Shown piece by piece: positions 1 to 12,784 of a stretch of DNA of 64,000 bases (the stretch's first letter is position 1; the number at the start of each line of letters is the position of its first letter). Both the position numbers and the translations under genes were made by a program. This DNA comes from Paraspadella gotoi (lineage: Eukaryota > Animalia > Chaetognatha), in NCBI GenBank assembly GCA_051294375.1, contig CM119266.1, forward strand, positions 17,788,087 through 17,852,086. The letters are read 5' to 3'. The notes below the pieces were generated by a model. It did not search any database. It was not told the origin of the DNA and saw only the letters and a program-made list of their open reading frames with translations.

Positions 1-668
1 ATTTGGTCGACGCCGACGCCACCGTCTTCGCCCTCGATGTCAACGAAGAAGGCCTGAATTTCTTGAAGGCGTCTCGCCCCGACGCCGACCTCACCGTCAT
101 CTACCAGGATATCACCGACTGGTCAGGCGTCGCCGAATCTCTTGTTGACATTCCTTCGCCCAACGGTCTCGTCAACTGCGCAGGCGTCGGCGGCGTCGTC
201 TCCAGTTTTCTCGACTACAAAGAGGAAGAGATCGACGCGACATTAAACGTAAACTTCAAAGGCGCCGTCCGCGTGACACAATGCGTCGTCAAGAAGATGA
301 TGGAAGGCGGAATCTCCGACGCCTCCATTGTCAACATCTCTTCGACGACCTCGACCCAGACGCCTCCCGCGGTCATGGCCTACGCGGCCTCCAAGGCTGC
401 GCTCAACGCTTTTACCCGATGTTTGGCCAAAGAGTTGGGACCCAAAGGGATTCGGGTCAACTCTATCAATTCCCACGTCTCCGTCGAGACGCCGCTGGGC
501 GCCTACGCGGTCAGGAAGGGGCTCTTTCCCGCCGATCCGGCGACAATTCCCATGCAACGCTTCGTGGAATTGCGTGATGTCGTCGATACAGTTCAGTTCT
601 TGCTCAGCGATAAATCTTCTCACATCAATGGTGTCATTCTGCCGTTGGACGGCGGGGCCTCTTGCTAG
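1..668 (+). CDS. Short-chain dehydrogenase/reductase, L-xylulose reductase (DCXR)-like; 5'-truncated by window, intronless in visible part
   Basis: ORF 3..668 with LVNCAG, NIS(S), YAASK catalytic motif, ELGPKGIRVNSI and C-terminal GVILPLDGG; paralogous to 7275-8012 and 8363-9781. Confidence 0.9.
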   Translation, partial: LVDADATVFALDVNEEGLNFLKASRPDADLTVIYQDITDWSGVAESLVDIPSPNGLVNCAGVGGVVSSFLDYKEEEIDATLNVNFKGAVRVTQCVVKKMMEGGISDASIVNISSTTSTQTPPAVMAYAASKAALNAFTRCLAKELGPKGIRVNSINSHVSVETPLGAYAVRKGLFPADPATIPMQRFVELRDVVDTVQFLLSDKSSHINGVILPLDGGASC

Positions 669-1460
669 AGCGACAATGGGTATTTGGATTAGATAAAATA
701 CGTGAGGTTTTTTGTGAAACTTTATTTGCGAAATTTTTTTTAAATTTATGGATAAGTTAAAATACCTGATTTTTTGGGGAAATTATACACTTATTAGTCG
801 GTCCTTTGATCCTCATTTCACAGTCCGCACTGTTTAAAGCGGAGACGGTTTATTAGATTCTAATTTGACGATCAGATGTCTTCTCGTCCTTCTCTTGCTC
901 AATTTATTGGAATGCATACTGCGATTGGGACAGATTCGCATTTGGATTTTTTTTTCCCTGGAAAGATTAGCAGAGGTGTGACAATGTTTTCGCCTCCCGC
1001 CGGTTTTTCAAACTTTTTCATGTCTCTGTCTCCGTCTCGCTCAGCCAATTTCACTTTCTGCCTTTTGTTTCGCTCTTTTAACTTTTTAGACCCCAAGTGT
1101 GCTTATTTGAACGGCTCAAGATAGAAGTTTCAACGAAATATTTTGAAAATTTTAAAATTATTGTCTTTTCCTATGGCTTCTTCTTTGTTCTTCGAAGTAT
1201 CTCAATCTTCAACTCCTATAACCTTGTCTTCTTTTTATTAAGGTCTTTGTTTGTTATACATCATAACATTTTGGGAGCAACGATCTAAGTCTTTTCCGAC
1301 AATCCCGTCTTGGAGGTTTCGTCGTCCTCTCGGCTTTTTAGTTTTCATCTTTGCTCATCCTTGAAAACCTGATGAGTGCAAAACTCTTTCCTTTCCCGTT
1401 TTCGCGATCGCCGAGTCGATCGTAAAATATGGTGGACTAAAATCCACCAACCGTTCATCA

Positions 1461-1650
1461 GTGGCCATTGGTGCCGGAGGCAAGTCATTCGCCTCCCAAC
1501 CCAAAGGTCCGGGGTTCTAGCCCGGTGGCCGCCTAGCAGTTAAGAGGGACGGGGCGCTTAACCCGCCTGTAACATGGTGTTAAAGCCTGATCCGAAGCTC
1601 AGGGACTGCTTTATATTGAACGGTTCTGTCACTAACTCATAACAATCATT
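1461..1650 (+). mobile_element. tRNA-derived (Gly-CCC-like) SINE head or tRNA pseudogene with unrelated tail
   Basis: 1461-1532 folds as a cloverleaf: GTGGCCA/TGGCCGC acceptor stem, CT-CCC-AA loop, AGGTC variable region, CCGGG-GTTCTAG-CCCGG T-arm; anticodon and D stems mismatched; no T-run terminator directly after. Confidence 0.55.
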
Positions 1651-2082
1651 ACTGTCTCTTCAAAAACAACTTTTTGGTGATTGAAATTTTTTTGGCACGC
1701 GTGTTATGGTTTTAAAATAAAATCAGTAAAAAATTCTAACCTTCTCTTATACCGTTGTTTTTAAACAAAAAACTTTGCATCTAAAATTTACCAACTACTA
1801 CGAAAAAAGAAATTACACTATAACCTTAGAGAATATTTATTATTCTTATGGTTTCTGGTTTATATCCTCCACGATGTATTTTTCATATATTTTTACACTT
1901 TTACAGGTTAAAATTTTCTGCTGCTTGCCTGAGGAATAAAATTGAATAACAATTATTGATAATGATTATAATGAATCCGAATACTAGATAATTCGGGAGA
2001 AGAAACTCGAAAGACTTTTGAAAAATATAGAGAAGCGTCTCGCTTTCACTTTCTTTCTCCCCAGATTTTGACTAATTCTAAA

Positions 2083-5000
2083 ATGGGACGATATACGGGA
2101 AAATCATGCAGACTCACATTTATGCTTTGCTTAACTACGACCTATTTTTTGGTGGAAATCGTCGTGGGTTACATGACAAATTCCATGGCTTTAGTTGCAG
2201 ACTCTTTTCACATGCTTTCCGATGTTTTGGCGCTAATAATTGGACTATTTTCAGGTAATACTATTTTCCAAGCCGTATCAGTTTGGGTTTGATATTTGAT
2301 ATAGTTATGTACTGGGGCGGTACACAAATGTATATAAATGTACATAAATCTATATATGTTTATAAATATTATATCTTTAGTTCGAATTTCAAAAAAGGCG
2401 ACGAGCAAGAATACATTCGGTTGGGCACGAGCTGAAGTTCTCGGCGCGCTCGTCAACGCTGTATTTTTACTCGCGCTTTGTTTTTCTATTTTCGTTGAAG
2501 CTCTCAAACGGATTGTTAATCCAGGTATGCCATGGGTCTATTTGTGGTGCGGCGTAATAAACTCGAGATAATTTGGTTTATTTGTAGTATTTCTTTTCTG
2601 GCAGAACGAATTGAAAAAGAAGAACTTCTAGTGTCGGTTGGGGCTGTTGGTCTTGTTATTAATCTGGTTGGATTAATTATTTTAGGTATTTTTTACGTCA
2701 TTTAAATTAATTTTTCATATAAATTGTATTCAATTTTTATTTTTATTGGTCTAGGTTCTCATGGCCACTCGCATGGTGGTCATGGGCACTCCCACGGTGG
2801 TCACGGCCATTCGCACAATGGTCACAATCACTCCCATGTTGATGCCCATGAAAAAGAAAAAGGTTAGAGTTAAAAATAATTAATTTAAATGTATTTCGTA
2901 GCTATATATAATGTTTAAAAAATATTTGTTTTCAGTCCCATTTTTAAATAAATTTCAAGTATTTTGATGTCTTCTTTGCAGTTTTCTTTGTATAACATTG
3001 TTTCTCTAGCGATTTATATTTTTCTACTTCTTAGTCTCCAATTTTTGACAGTTGATTTTTTATCAAGCATTACTTTAAATTCTTGATATCTAACGCAACC
3101 TTCTTATTTGATATTGTTTATTAAAATAGTAATATTGTTATCTCAGCAAATAAAGGAGTCGAATCGTTAAACTCGATGTCCGCCGACCACGCGCCGTCGG
3201 AACAGTTGATGCGCAAGAATTCCGTAGAGGTTTGAAATTTTTCTTCCATCTGCTCCTATTTTCGCCAACTGCAAATTTAAATCACGTGACAGGCCATCAT
3301 AAATGACAATCACGTGTCTGTTAGCAACGTCGTCGCCGAATCGGGAACCACCTCCTCTTCATCTTCCTCCTCTCCCAAGAAACACTCCCCGGCGCAATTG
3401 AATATGAAGGTGTAAATAGGGGCATGCTATTGAAGCACCAAGCTGGGCAACGCAGAATCCTATTCTTATCGTGCGTTGCAAGTTCAATCTCAATTCTTAG
3501 GGAAGCATGACGGTGCTAGTATAGCCGTCCAATGAGGTTACTGAGGCTCTAATGTTATTGATGCCAACCGATGAGTTGCTCTGCGCGATTGACCACTTAA
3601 TAATCTATTATTACTTTTTCAGGGCGTTTTTTTACATGTCATGGGAGACGCACTGGGTTCTGTAATCGTTATTATTTCCGCTACCATCATGTGGCAAATA
3701 CCCTGTGATCATAATCCCTGCGTTAAACTAGAAGGTTTATTTTATTTCTAGCGATTTTACGATTTTACCTCATTTACGATTCGCTAAGTTTGCTTCTAAT
3801 AATTTGCAGGGAAACCAGTGTGCGAGGAGAAAAAACATTTGTGCTGGACGTTGTATGTCGATCCATTCATGTCCATGTTGCTCGTTGGTAAGCCTCGGGC
3901 GGCTTCGGAATTTTGTACATCGGATGGAGTATTTTAAGCTTTACAGCAGAGACAGGGATGAGATAAGACGGGAAGAAGACAGAACGATGACAAGATGAAG
4001 ACAGGACAAGGATAAAGACAGTATAAAGACAGGAATTGAGGGTGCAGTAGTGAAGCCGCAGTATCTTCCCGGAGCAAAACTAGCATAAAATGCTCAATAT
4101 AGTTTTTTTCATAATATTGGGTTAATTTTTTTGTCAGCCATCATCCTCACCACGACATTTCCTCTGCTAAAAGAGTCTGCGTTGATTTTGCTTCAAACGG
4201 TTCCAACCCACATCCAAGTCGACAAAGTCAAGAAACAGTTGATCGACAAAATAGCCGGTTTTTGTCGCTAAGCAACGAATTGAATACCCCTACTATGCTA
4301 TAATTGTTTGTCTCTCTCGATGATTAGGGGTGTCGGCGGTACACGAGTTTCACGTATGGCAGCTCACGGGCAACAGGATTATCGCCTCCGCTCATATTCA
4401 GTGCAAAAATTTGAACGAATATCACAGAGTCGCGGAAGACGTGAAAGAGTTCTTTCACAACGAAGGTTTGTTCGCTTTAGCCACCCAAACTCACCCCCAC
4501 CTCGATCTTGGAAGTTAGAGGTTTTCTGAGAATCATCCGCGAGCGAATGTGGCCCACGCCAGCCAGAGCGGAGTTGCATTGGGATCATCGAATTACATCA
4601 TCAAACTTGCCTTAAATTTTAGGTATTCATTCGACAACGATTCAACCCGAGTTTCTCGAGAGACATTCGGACATCCGGAGTCGCGACTGTATCTTGGAAT
4701 GTGTGCCCGAGCAGTGCGGACCCTCGACTTGTTGCGGCAATGAGAAGCAACAAAAAGGTGTGAAATTGTCCAATGTCGCGCTTTTCTTGATCATTAAATT
4801 GTTTTATTATTATAAAATAAACTTTAGAGAGAAAACGAAAATTTGTTATAACAACAAGTGAATTTATTAATTCGGACATGTTTCGACTCTTATGTTTATC
4901 AGAATGAAGATAATGAAGACTCGCAAAGAGTCGAAACATGAATTAATAAATTCACTTGTTGTTATAACGAAATTTTCGTTTTCTCTCTAAACTCTTATAA

Positions 5001-6325
5001 ACAACAAAGAAAAAAGTTCGAATACAACGTCTAAAAATATTATTGACGCGTCAGTTGTAATTTGATAATATTTATATTGACGAAATGTTGCGCTTGACTC
5101 TGTAATGATTTTGATAGTTGGTTACGAATGCCCTGTGGACTCATTAGTTTGACATCAATTGTATTCTTAAAAGGTAAAAAAAATACTGTTTTTTCTGCAT
5201 TTAATTTATGATCTGGGGAGGAATAAAGACATATTTGGATAAATTTACTGAAAATATCCAGTGGGCAAAAAAAAATCTTTATTAGATTTCTCACTCGGAA
5301 CCCTGTTTACCCACATGACGTGATGAATTGACGAATGACGATGACGTGACGAATTACAACAAGTTTGTCCAACAGACGTAGCCAATGAGAAATTTCAGTT
5401 CTTTAATTTTAGTAATTGGTGAAAGTATTAATATTTTTTTTTGTAAATCTTTTGATTTCGAAGTTGATTAGAAGAAATTAATCTTCTGTATATGTAGCGG
5501 GCATTTCAAAGTTCATCCCACCTATAGTCATTGGACAATGGACAGCGTACCTTAAGTTATGATCTGGTGGCTCATTGAGTAAAGCTAATGCCAAGCCAAT
5601 GCCCGATAAAGGTAGCGGTGTCGGAGCGAAACTCGTGTCTTGTCATTTTTACAGAAATCAACTCAAGCGATCTTCTTCCTACCTCTTTAATATTTATATT
5701 AATGTTGGACTCAAATTAGAAAAAATACTGCTCATCATTAATTTCAATTTTGATTGGTTTGATTCTTCCCTCTCAATGTAAATGCTTTTAATTACATTTT
5801 CGGTTAGAAGTCAATTGAAATGATCCTTAAATATCCACAACCTTTGACATTTTCATAAGCTGCAAGTCTGTACGATGCAAAAATTTTTTTTCATCATTTC
5901 GCCAAAAAAATTAACAGGGAAAATTATGTACACTTTTTTATTTTCCAGAATTGTAGCCATTTTTTTAATAATAACTATAAGGGCTTTTATAAAGTGCTTT
6001 TGAAAAGCTATAATAAAAAATGTTTCTGAGGGATAACTGAAATACATGATAATTAACTCTTGTAATAATTTTACTTCTTTATATACCAATGTAATCATTA
6101 AAATGTCTCAAAATTGACTAGGACTAACATTCAGAAATTGCTCTACTTTGCATTGTATAATTTACCAAAAACATTTTTAAGCATCAACTATTACTTTTAA
6201 CACTAAATATTTAAGTAATAGTTTTTATCCTTTTAGGTGCGGTTGCTCGGGTTCGACATCGAGGTCCAAGTCAAGAGCATTCTGAGAGCGTTGAAGTTGT
6301 TACTGTCTCTTCAGTCATAATGTAG
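2083..6325 (+). CDS. SLC30A1: Cation diffusion facilitator zinc exporter, ZnT1/SLC30A1-like (multi-exon)
   Basis: Exons encode LVADSFHMLSD, NTFGWARAEVLGALVN, His-rich loop (GHSHGG)n at 2756-2860, NMKGVFLHVMGDALGS, VHEFHVWQL, FHNEGIHSTTIQPEF; GT-AG introns; last exon 6237-6325 inferred from frame only. Confidence 0.9.
4823..4991. repeat. Hairpin (foldback/MITE-like) element in ZnT intron
   Basis: ~65-bp near-perfect inverted arms TTTAGAGAGAAAACGAAAATTT...CATGTTTCGACTCTT / AAGAGTCGAAACATG...TTTTCGTTTTCTCTCTAAA. Confidence 0.75.
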
Positions 6326-7274
6326 TTATATCTGTTTAGGTATAATTTATTACCAGGTTATGGTTTGATTTTCGAGACGTAATTTTGCTATGAATTTCTT
6401 CTCAAGAATCATTCTTTTAAAAATCAATGTGCTTTTGATATATAAGATATATTTTCACGTCTAAACAAAGTTGGGCGATTTTATATTTTTGAGCCCTTTG
6501 TGTTATTTGTTGAGTTTAAAAATCAGAATCATTCAGTTTTATACATCTTCTGAATATGTTTTGTACTGTGTTCCTGCCGGCATTTTTGCTCAAAATTTAA
6601 AAAAACTATTTTTTTTCTAAAATTGAATCACGTTTATTTTTATGAGCGAAACAAAAAGAAAAAACCCGTTATCAAAACTCGTTGCTCGAGTGTTTTATAT
6701 TTCATTGTTTGTGAAAATCGTTTATTTATGAAATTGTTACTTTCCAAATTCCTCACAAAATTAGTTAGTTTTTATTTTTATATTTTAAACGGTACATTAA
6801 AATGAGATAGAAATGGTTTTAAAATAATAGAGAGATAGATTTTCAAAACGTAATTAAAAGCCTTTCCATCTAATTTCTTCCCCGCAATCGTAACTAATTG
6901 CGCGCGCGGATTTGGTTAGGAAATGAAAAGTATCGCTTAACACAAATCAATTTTTTTATTTTTTTTCTTTATAGCGGCTGCTTTAAAAAAGCACAATTTT
7001 TGATTCCTATTGATGGTTAAATATATTGAAATAGTCTTAATAAGATTTCTTTTGTTATGGGTACGATCAATTGTACTCAAATTTGTTGAGATAAGTGCCA
7101 GTTTGTTAGGCCTTGACCTTGAAACTTTTACTCTGTTACGTTTAAATTTGTTTCAGATTAAAACAATTCACCGATAACTGGCCTGCTCAAACTAAAAATT
7201 TACAAGAGACCCTTCTAGTCTTCACTTTGGTAATCTTTTAATTTTGCATCATCAAAATCCCCACGGCTCACAGG

Positions 7275-8012
7275 ATGTCCTTTGCCGGCCGAACTTACCT
7301 CATCACCGGCGCCGCCTCTGGCTTCGGTCGCGCCGTCGCCGCCCACCTGCGCGACGCAGGCGCCATCGTCTTCGCTTTGGACAAAGACGCCGTGGGGCTG
7401 AAGCAGTTGGAGGCGGAACGACTGGACGCCAATCTGACGACCATCCCGCAAGACGTTACGGACTGGGCCGGCGTCGCTGAATCTCTACGCCATCTTCCAG
7501 CGCCGCAGGGGCTCCTCAACTGCGCCGGATTCGGGCTCATGCGTCAAAATTTTCTCGATTACACGGAGAGCGACATAGACGACGTTCTCAGCGTCAACTT
7601 CAAAGGCGCCGTCCGCGTCTCTCAATGCGTCGCGGAGAAGATGATCCGAGCGAAAATCTCCGACGCTTCCATCGTAAACGTCTCTTCTTTGGCCTCATTG
7701 CAGACGACGAAAGCTATCATGGCTTACGCGGCGTCTAAGGCCGCGATGGACGCCTTGACCAAGTGTTTGGCCAAAGAGTTGGGACCCAAAGGGATTCGCG
7801 TCAACTCGATCAATCCCTTTGTATGTCCGGACACGCCGATGGGTCGGTATGCAATGGAGGGGGCGGCCGTTGCGGTCAAGCCCAGCGTGGCTCCGTTGAA
7901 CAGGTTCGTCCGGCTGCAGGACTTTGTCGACACTGCCGCTTTTTTGCTTGGGGAGAGATCGTCTTATCTCAATGGGGTCATTCTTCCTTTGGACGGTGGA
8001 GTTTCTGCCTGA
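7275..8012 (+). CDS. Short-chain dehydrogenase/reductase, DCXR-like, intronless, 245 aa
   Basis: Complete ORF with TGAASGFG, LLNCAG, NVSS, YAASK, GVILPLDGG. Confidence 0.92.
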   Translation: MSFAGRTYLITGAASGFGRAVAAHLRDAGAIVFALDKDAVGLKQLEAERLDANLTTIPQDVTDWAGVAESLRHLPAPQGLLNCAGFGLMRQNFLDYTESDIDDVLSVNFKGAVRVSQCVAEKMIRAKISDASIVNVSSLASLQTTKAIMAYAASKAAMDALTKCLAKELGPKGIRVNSINPFVCPDTPMGRYAMEGAAVAVKPSVAPLNRFVRLQDFVDTAAFLLGERSSYLNGVILPLDGGVSA

Positions 8013-8362
8013 AGGAGGAATGTATTGACTTTCGTCAAAATTTTTCTTAGTTTGCTCAAATCTTAATTAAAAAAACCAATCATGTTTTCGTGATAATATT
8101 ATTTTTTTATCTGATCTATTCACTTTTTCAATGGCTGATTCTGCTCAAAAAAACTGCCTACTTAATCAGTAGTCATGGTTGTTATTCTGATATTGTTTTA
8201 ACTCAAATTACTCTATTTTATGACGTTTCTTTGATTTATACATTATATCAAATCGAGTGTTCTTTCGCTTTTGAAAAAATATATTTTCTTTACACTGACG
8301 TATTTATGTTATCGCCAGGCGTACTTTCAAGTGCGTCCGAGGTTTGACTTTTTCCCGCCAAA

Positions 8363-9781
8363 ATGTCTTTCGCCGACCGCAACATCTTGATTACCGGTGC
8401 AGCATCCGGCTTCGGTCGCGCCGTCGCAGCGGAGCTTCTGCGGAGCGGTGCCCACGTGTTTGCCCTCGACCGCAGCGCCGAGGGTCTCAAGTCGTTGACC
8501 ACGGAATCCGCCGCGGACGAGAAGATGCTGAAGACGATCTGCGCGGACATCTCCGATTGGGCGGGCGTGGAGAAGGCGTTGGCCGATCTGCCCGCCATGG
8601 ACGGCCTTGTCAACTCGGCGGGAATCGGAAGGAATTTTAACGATCTCACGCCAACCAGGTTTTTTTATTGTTGGCGTCGAGTTCATGGCTAACTTAATAA
8701 CTTTAACGTTTAACTTGTTTATTTTGTCTTTCCCAAGTTGATCTTTTGGGTTAAAGCAACCGTGCGATTGCCTGTGATGTCGGGCTGGGGCATTTCCTTA
8801 ACTGGGAAGGCGACTGCGAACCCTTAATGAGTTTCTTCTGTCAATGACCTGTTTAAATCGGCTCGGTCACAAGAGGCCGCGAACGGGGATACCCAGGGTT
8901 CGAACCCTGGACGCTGGATTTCTGTAATTTATTGTCCAAAGTCTATTTTCTAGATTGCCATTTGTCCATTTCCTCCGCCCCCCCAACCAAGTTTTCTGGA
9001 AATGGACGAGAGCGAGTTCGACGTGATGTACGCCGTCAACTTTAAAGGTTCCGTCCGTGTTACCCAGTGCGTCGTCAAAAAGATGTTGAACGCACAAGTC
9101 GAGGCGGCGTCGATCGTCAACGTTTCGTCTTTGTCTTCGTTGAAAGCGTGGAACGATCTATTACCTTATTCGGCGGCCAAGGCGGCGCTGGACAATTTCA
9201 CCAGGTTCTAGGGGATATTGGATGGAATCAGGATTCAGGAATGAATGAATGCAAGTTTTGGTATGGATTCGGGTCAGACTTCTAAAAGTTTGTGTCCTTT
9301 TCACTATTTCTTCCACGCTCTTACACCCTCTTTATCGAAATTTGTTAAATTTTGTGCGCCAGAGAGAGAATAGAATGCGCTTGCCTTCAATTCTCCTTTT
9401 TTTTGCGCTTATTCAAACAATATTCTGAGCTTTATCCCGCATATGTAAAAGGATTTAAAAAATTTAAGATTTGGACTTTTTGAGAAAAAAGTTTTTTTAA
9501 GTATCTTTAGATTTATGATTCCAAGGTGCCTCGCCCGCGAGTTAGGTCCCAATGGGATCCGAGTCAACGCCGTAAATCCCCACACCTGCGCAGAGACGGC
9601 CATGGGTCGACCCTTCTACGATTGGATGGGCGAGCGGAGGGAGAAGGTCTTGGAGGGAACACCCATGGGGAGATTCCTCAAGGCAGAAGAGCTCGTCGAA
9701 GTTATCCTCTTTCTTTTGAGCGGAAAATCTTCTTTCCTCAACGGTCTGGTCCTGCCAGTTGACGGAGGCGTCATGGCTTGA
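8363..9781 (+). CDS. Short-chain dehydrogenase/reductase, DCXR-like, 3 exons (8363-8658, 8992-9204, 9526-9781)
   Basis: TGAASGFG, LVNSAG, NVSS, YSAAK, GLVLPVDGG; two phase-2 introns with AAG acceptors restore colinearity with the paralogues. Confidence 0.9.
8752..8925 (-). mobile_element. Diverged fragment related to the twister-bearing LTR family
   Basis: Minus strand reads TTGT-GACCG-N8-TAA-ACAG-GT-CATTGAC..AGGGT.. and ends AATGCCCC..CATCACAGGCAATCGCACGGTTGCTTTA, matching the 3' half of the LTRs at 43289/43776. Confidence 0.6.
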
Positions 9782-9983
9782 TGATCCGTATTGCTGAATA
9801 TCACTCTTTATTACAAGTTACAACCAATTTTCATTAAAGGTTGCCTGATTAAGTTTTAACTTTTTTTTTAAGCTTCAATCGTTTTATAATATTTCTTTAT
9901 TTATAATTGTATATTCTCTAAAAATTTTTACAATTTTGCAGTTGTCTTTTTTAAAATTTGTGAAAAACGAAATAACCAAAACG

Positions 9984-11726
9984 ATGTACTCGACAAGTTC
10001 GCAGGCGCGAAACTGGATTTTCGATTCTCAAGAAGACATCGACGCTTCACGCGAAGACGCAAACCAACGTTTCGTAGAAGAGAACATCGGCCACGGCGAC
10101 GAAGACGACGAAGATGACGACACCGCGGGAGGACGACGGCGCCTGGATTTCCTCGACGTTAAGGACGAGCGGCAGTTGGTGCAGCATTACGAGTTCGTCC
10201 TAAAGGAATTCTGCGGGAAATTCTCTCCCTCGATGCCGAGATACGTCGTCGGGACAACCATGGCCTACATGAAGGTAATATTTTTTGAAGGATAACTTTC
10301 ATATGTATCGAAGTTTTAAATTAACAGAATCTTGACTTAACGACAATATGCAAATAAAATTTCTTGAAATTGTCGCGAATCCTAAATTTGTATGCATATA
10401 AAAGAATAGTTATTGATCAAATGCAGCTCGCCCCTTTATGGTGGACAGCTAGGTACCTGCTTACCGACCGTCAGTTCCGGGTTCAATCCTCTGATAGTCA
10501 AACTGGTCACTGCAGGTACAAAGCCCTGAGCGCCAGCTATCGGGAGATGCCTAAAAACCAGGACACGGCCCACCGCTTGCCATATCTCATACACTTGAGT
10601 CTGCTGCAGTGTAAGGCGAAGACGAAAGTTTTTCCCAATAAGCAGTTGTAAAACCTTAACATTAAAAATATGCTACTATAGTATGTTATGATATTGTGGA
10701 TAAGGCGCTAGGTGGGCTGAAGACCACTATCCGTAACTTGGAAACCAGGATTAGGGTTTTTCCCGGTATCTAGGGGTCATGAGGTGATGGCTTTACTCAA
10801 TGAGCCACCGGGTCACGACTGAAGATGTCTTGCTTATAGGCGGGGTGAAATTAGGAAATGGCCGAATACAATATGATAGTAGTGATATCATCGCCATCTT
10901 ACTGCAGCGTTTCTACGTTGAAAATTCTACGATGGATTATCACCCACGCGACGTGATGCTCACTTCTCTCTATCTCGCCTGTAAAGTGGAAGAGTTCAAC
11001 GTCTCAATCGCGCAGTTCGTCGGAAACCTCAAGGTCTGCCAAACGATCCCCGGGTACTTCTAAGTTTATAAAGACATTAACTTAACAAGTTGATTATCTA
11101 ATCTTCATTTGAAGGGCGACCGAAACAAAGCTGCCGACCTCGTCCTTTCCTACGAACTGATGGTAATGGAGAAGCTCCACTTCCACCTCGCCGTCCACAA
11201 CCCCTACCGCCCTCTTGAGGGATTCCTCATCGATCTCAAGACTCGCCTCCCGCGGCTTTCCATTCTCTCTGACCCTCAACAACAGCAGCGTCAGAATCCA
11301 TTTTACGCGGAGCCGCAACAGCCGCAACACCACGTGCCGGAAGCGCTTCGCCGCGGCGCCGACGCCTTCGTCGACAAAAGTCTCAACTCTGACGCGATGT
11401 TGCTCTTTCCGCCGGCGCACATCGCTTTGGCGGGGCTGGCCCACGCCGCCGCGGATATCAAGGCAGATTTGGGTGGGTGCTTTTTAAGGGCTGTGGTGGG
11501 GGCCATGGGCTTGGTGCGTGGTGGTGTAGCAGATTAATTTGTTAATTATCTGAAGTGAGATTGAGTTCCTCAATCTCATTTGCATATTGTCGTATTCTGA
11601 TAAGCTTTGATGTATCCACTGAACCTATATTAACCGATGTCATGTATAATCACGGTAACCATTTCATACAGAGATATTCCTCTGTTAGAGTGGTGGTGAT
11701 GGGAGAGGGTGGAGTAAAACGGCGAC

Positions 11727-11786
<60 letters not shown>

Positions 11787-12784
11787 CTTTCGGAACCGGT
11801 TTTGCGAGTCTTTCTTCCGTCTATTTTGACGTAATGGGAAGGACGCTTTGGGTGTCGATTGTTAAAGCAGCGGAGTTGTTGTTGGCCTAGAATGCCGAAG
11901 TCACTTAATTCTCAAGACGCGGTTTTTGAAGTCGTAAAAAAAAATGGGGGAACCCGTTTGAATCACTTTAACTGAAAGTTCCTAGTCATTAAATAAGTGC
12001 TTCATCATGTACATAGGACTGCTCGGATGACCGAATATAAATAATCAGCTTCTATAACTTTTCGATAAAATTGTGACAAAATTCGGTTATTAGCTTCGCT
12101 AAAGCTTAAGAATTTAAATTTATCTCAATACATTGTCTCTATTTAAATTACTTTTTATTTATATTCGTCCTCAGACCCTTACTTTGCCCTCCTCGCGGAT
12201 GACTCGGAAGACCGACTATTGATGCTGAAGAGCAGCGTCGCCCGCATCCGCAGTCTCGTCAAGAAGGCAGGCAACCTCAACCGGGCCAACGTGAAGCGCA
12301 TCGAGGAGAGACTGGAGAAATGCCGCAACCAGTCCAAGAACCCCGCCAGCGATGATTGGAAAAGGAAGATTCAGGTGAAGAACAGCTTAGAAAAGACTTG
12401 CCTTATTGGCATTGATGACTGAAAGTAAAATTCGTTGAGGCTACTAGTCCACTTAGTCCACCCTTTAGAGATAGGAATAAAAGGTTTCAATCGCGACTGA
12501 AAAAAATTTCGGGTAATATATCAAATGTCGGAGCAAGTTTAAAACCATGCCAACGAAGACTTATAAAGTGTCACAAATGAGTCACAACCATTCAAAAGAA
12601 TTTGTGGGCATCATGTTAACGTTTTATTCTTATTTATTTAATATTGAATGAATCTATTTTATCGTTTGAATTCTTTTCTCAGGAGACGGAGGAAGAAGAG
12701 ACAACGAAAACCTTCAAGAGACGAAAGACTCTCGAGCCGAAGCGCGACTCTGCCAGCGAAGGCATCAAACCTCTTCCACCTTAA
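9984..12784 (+). CDS. CCNH: Cyclin H (5 exons)
   Basis: [13 protein letters not shown] start, [68 protein letters not shown]; stop TAA 12782-12784. Confidence 0.95.
10435..10600 (+). mobile_element. Possible decayed tRNA-derived SINE in cyclin H intron 1
   Basis: A-box-like TGGTGGACAGCTAGG and B-box GGTTCAATCC at ~10480 within a GC-richer intronic block. Confidence 0.35.

Noticed and set aside
850-1358. Lys/Glu-rich minus-strand reading frame
   Set aside because: Many stops and no recognisable domain; possibly a decayed gene or TE but unsupported
3419-3600. Hairpin-containing block in a ZnT intron as a snoRNA
   Set aside because: Hairpins are present but no convincing H/ACA or C/D boxes
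10705-10860. Two CTGAAGA...GAAA hammerhead-like cores in cyclin H intron 1
   Set aside because: Stem II is poor or wobble-only and no stem I/III closure was found
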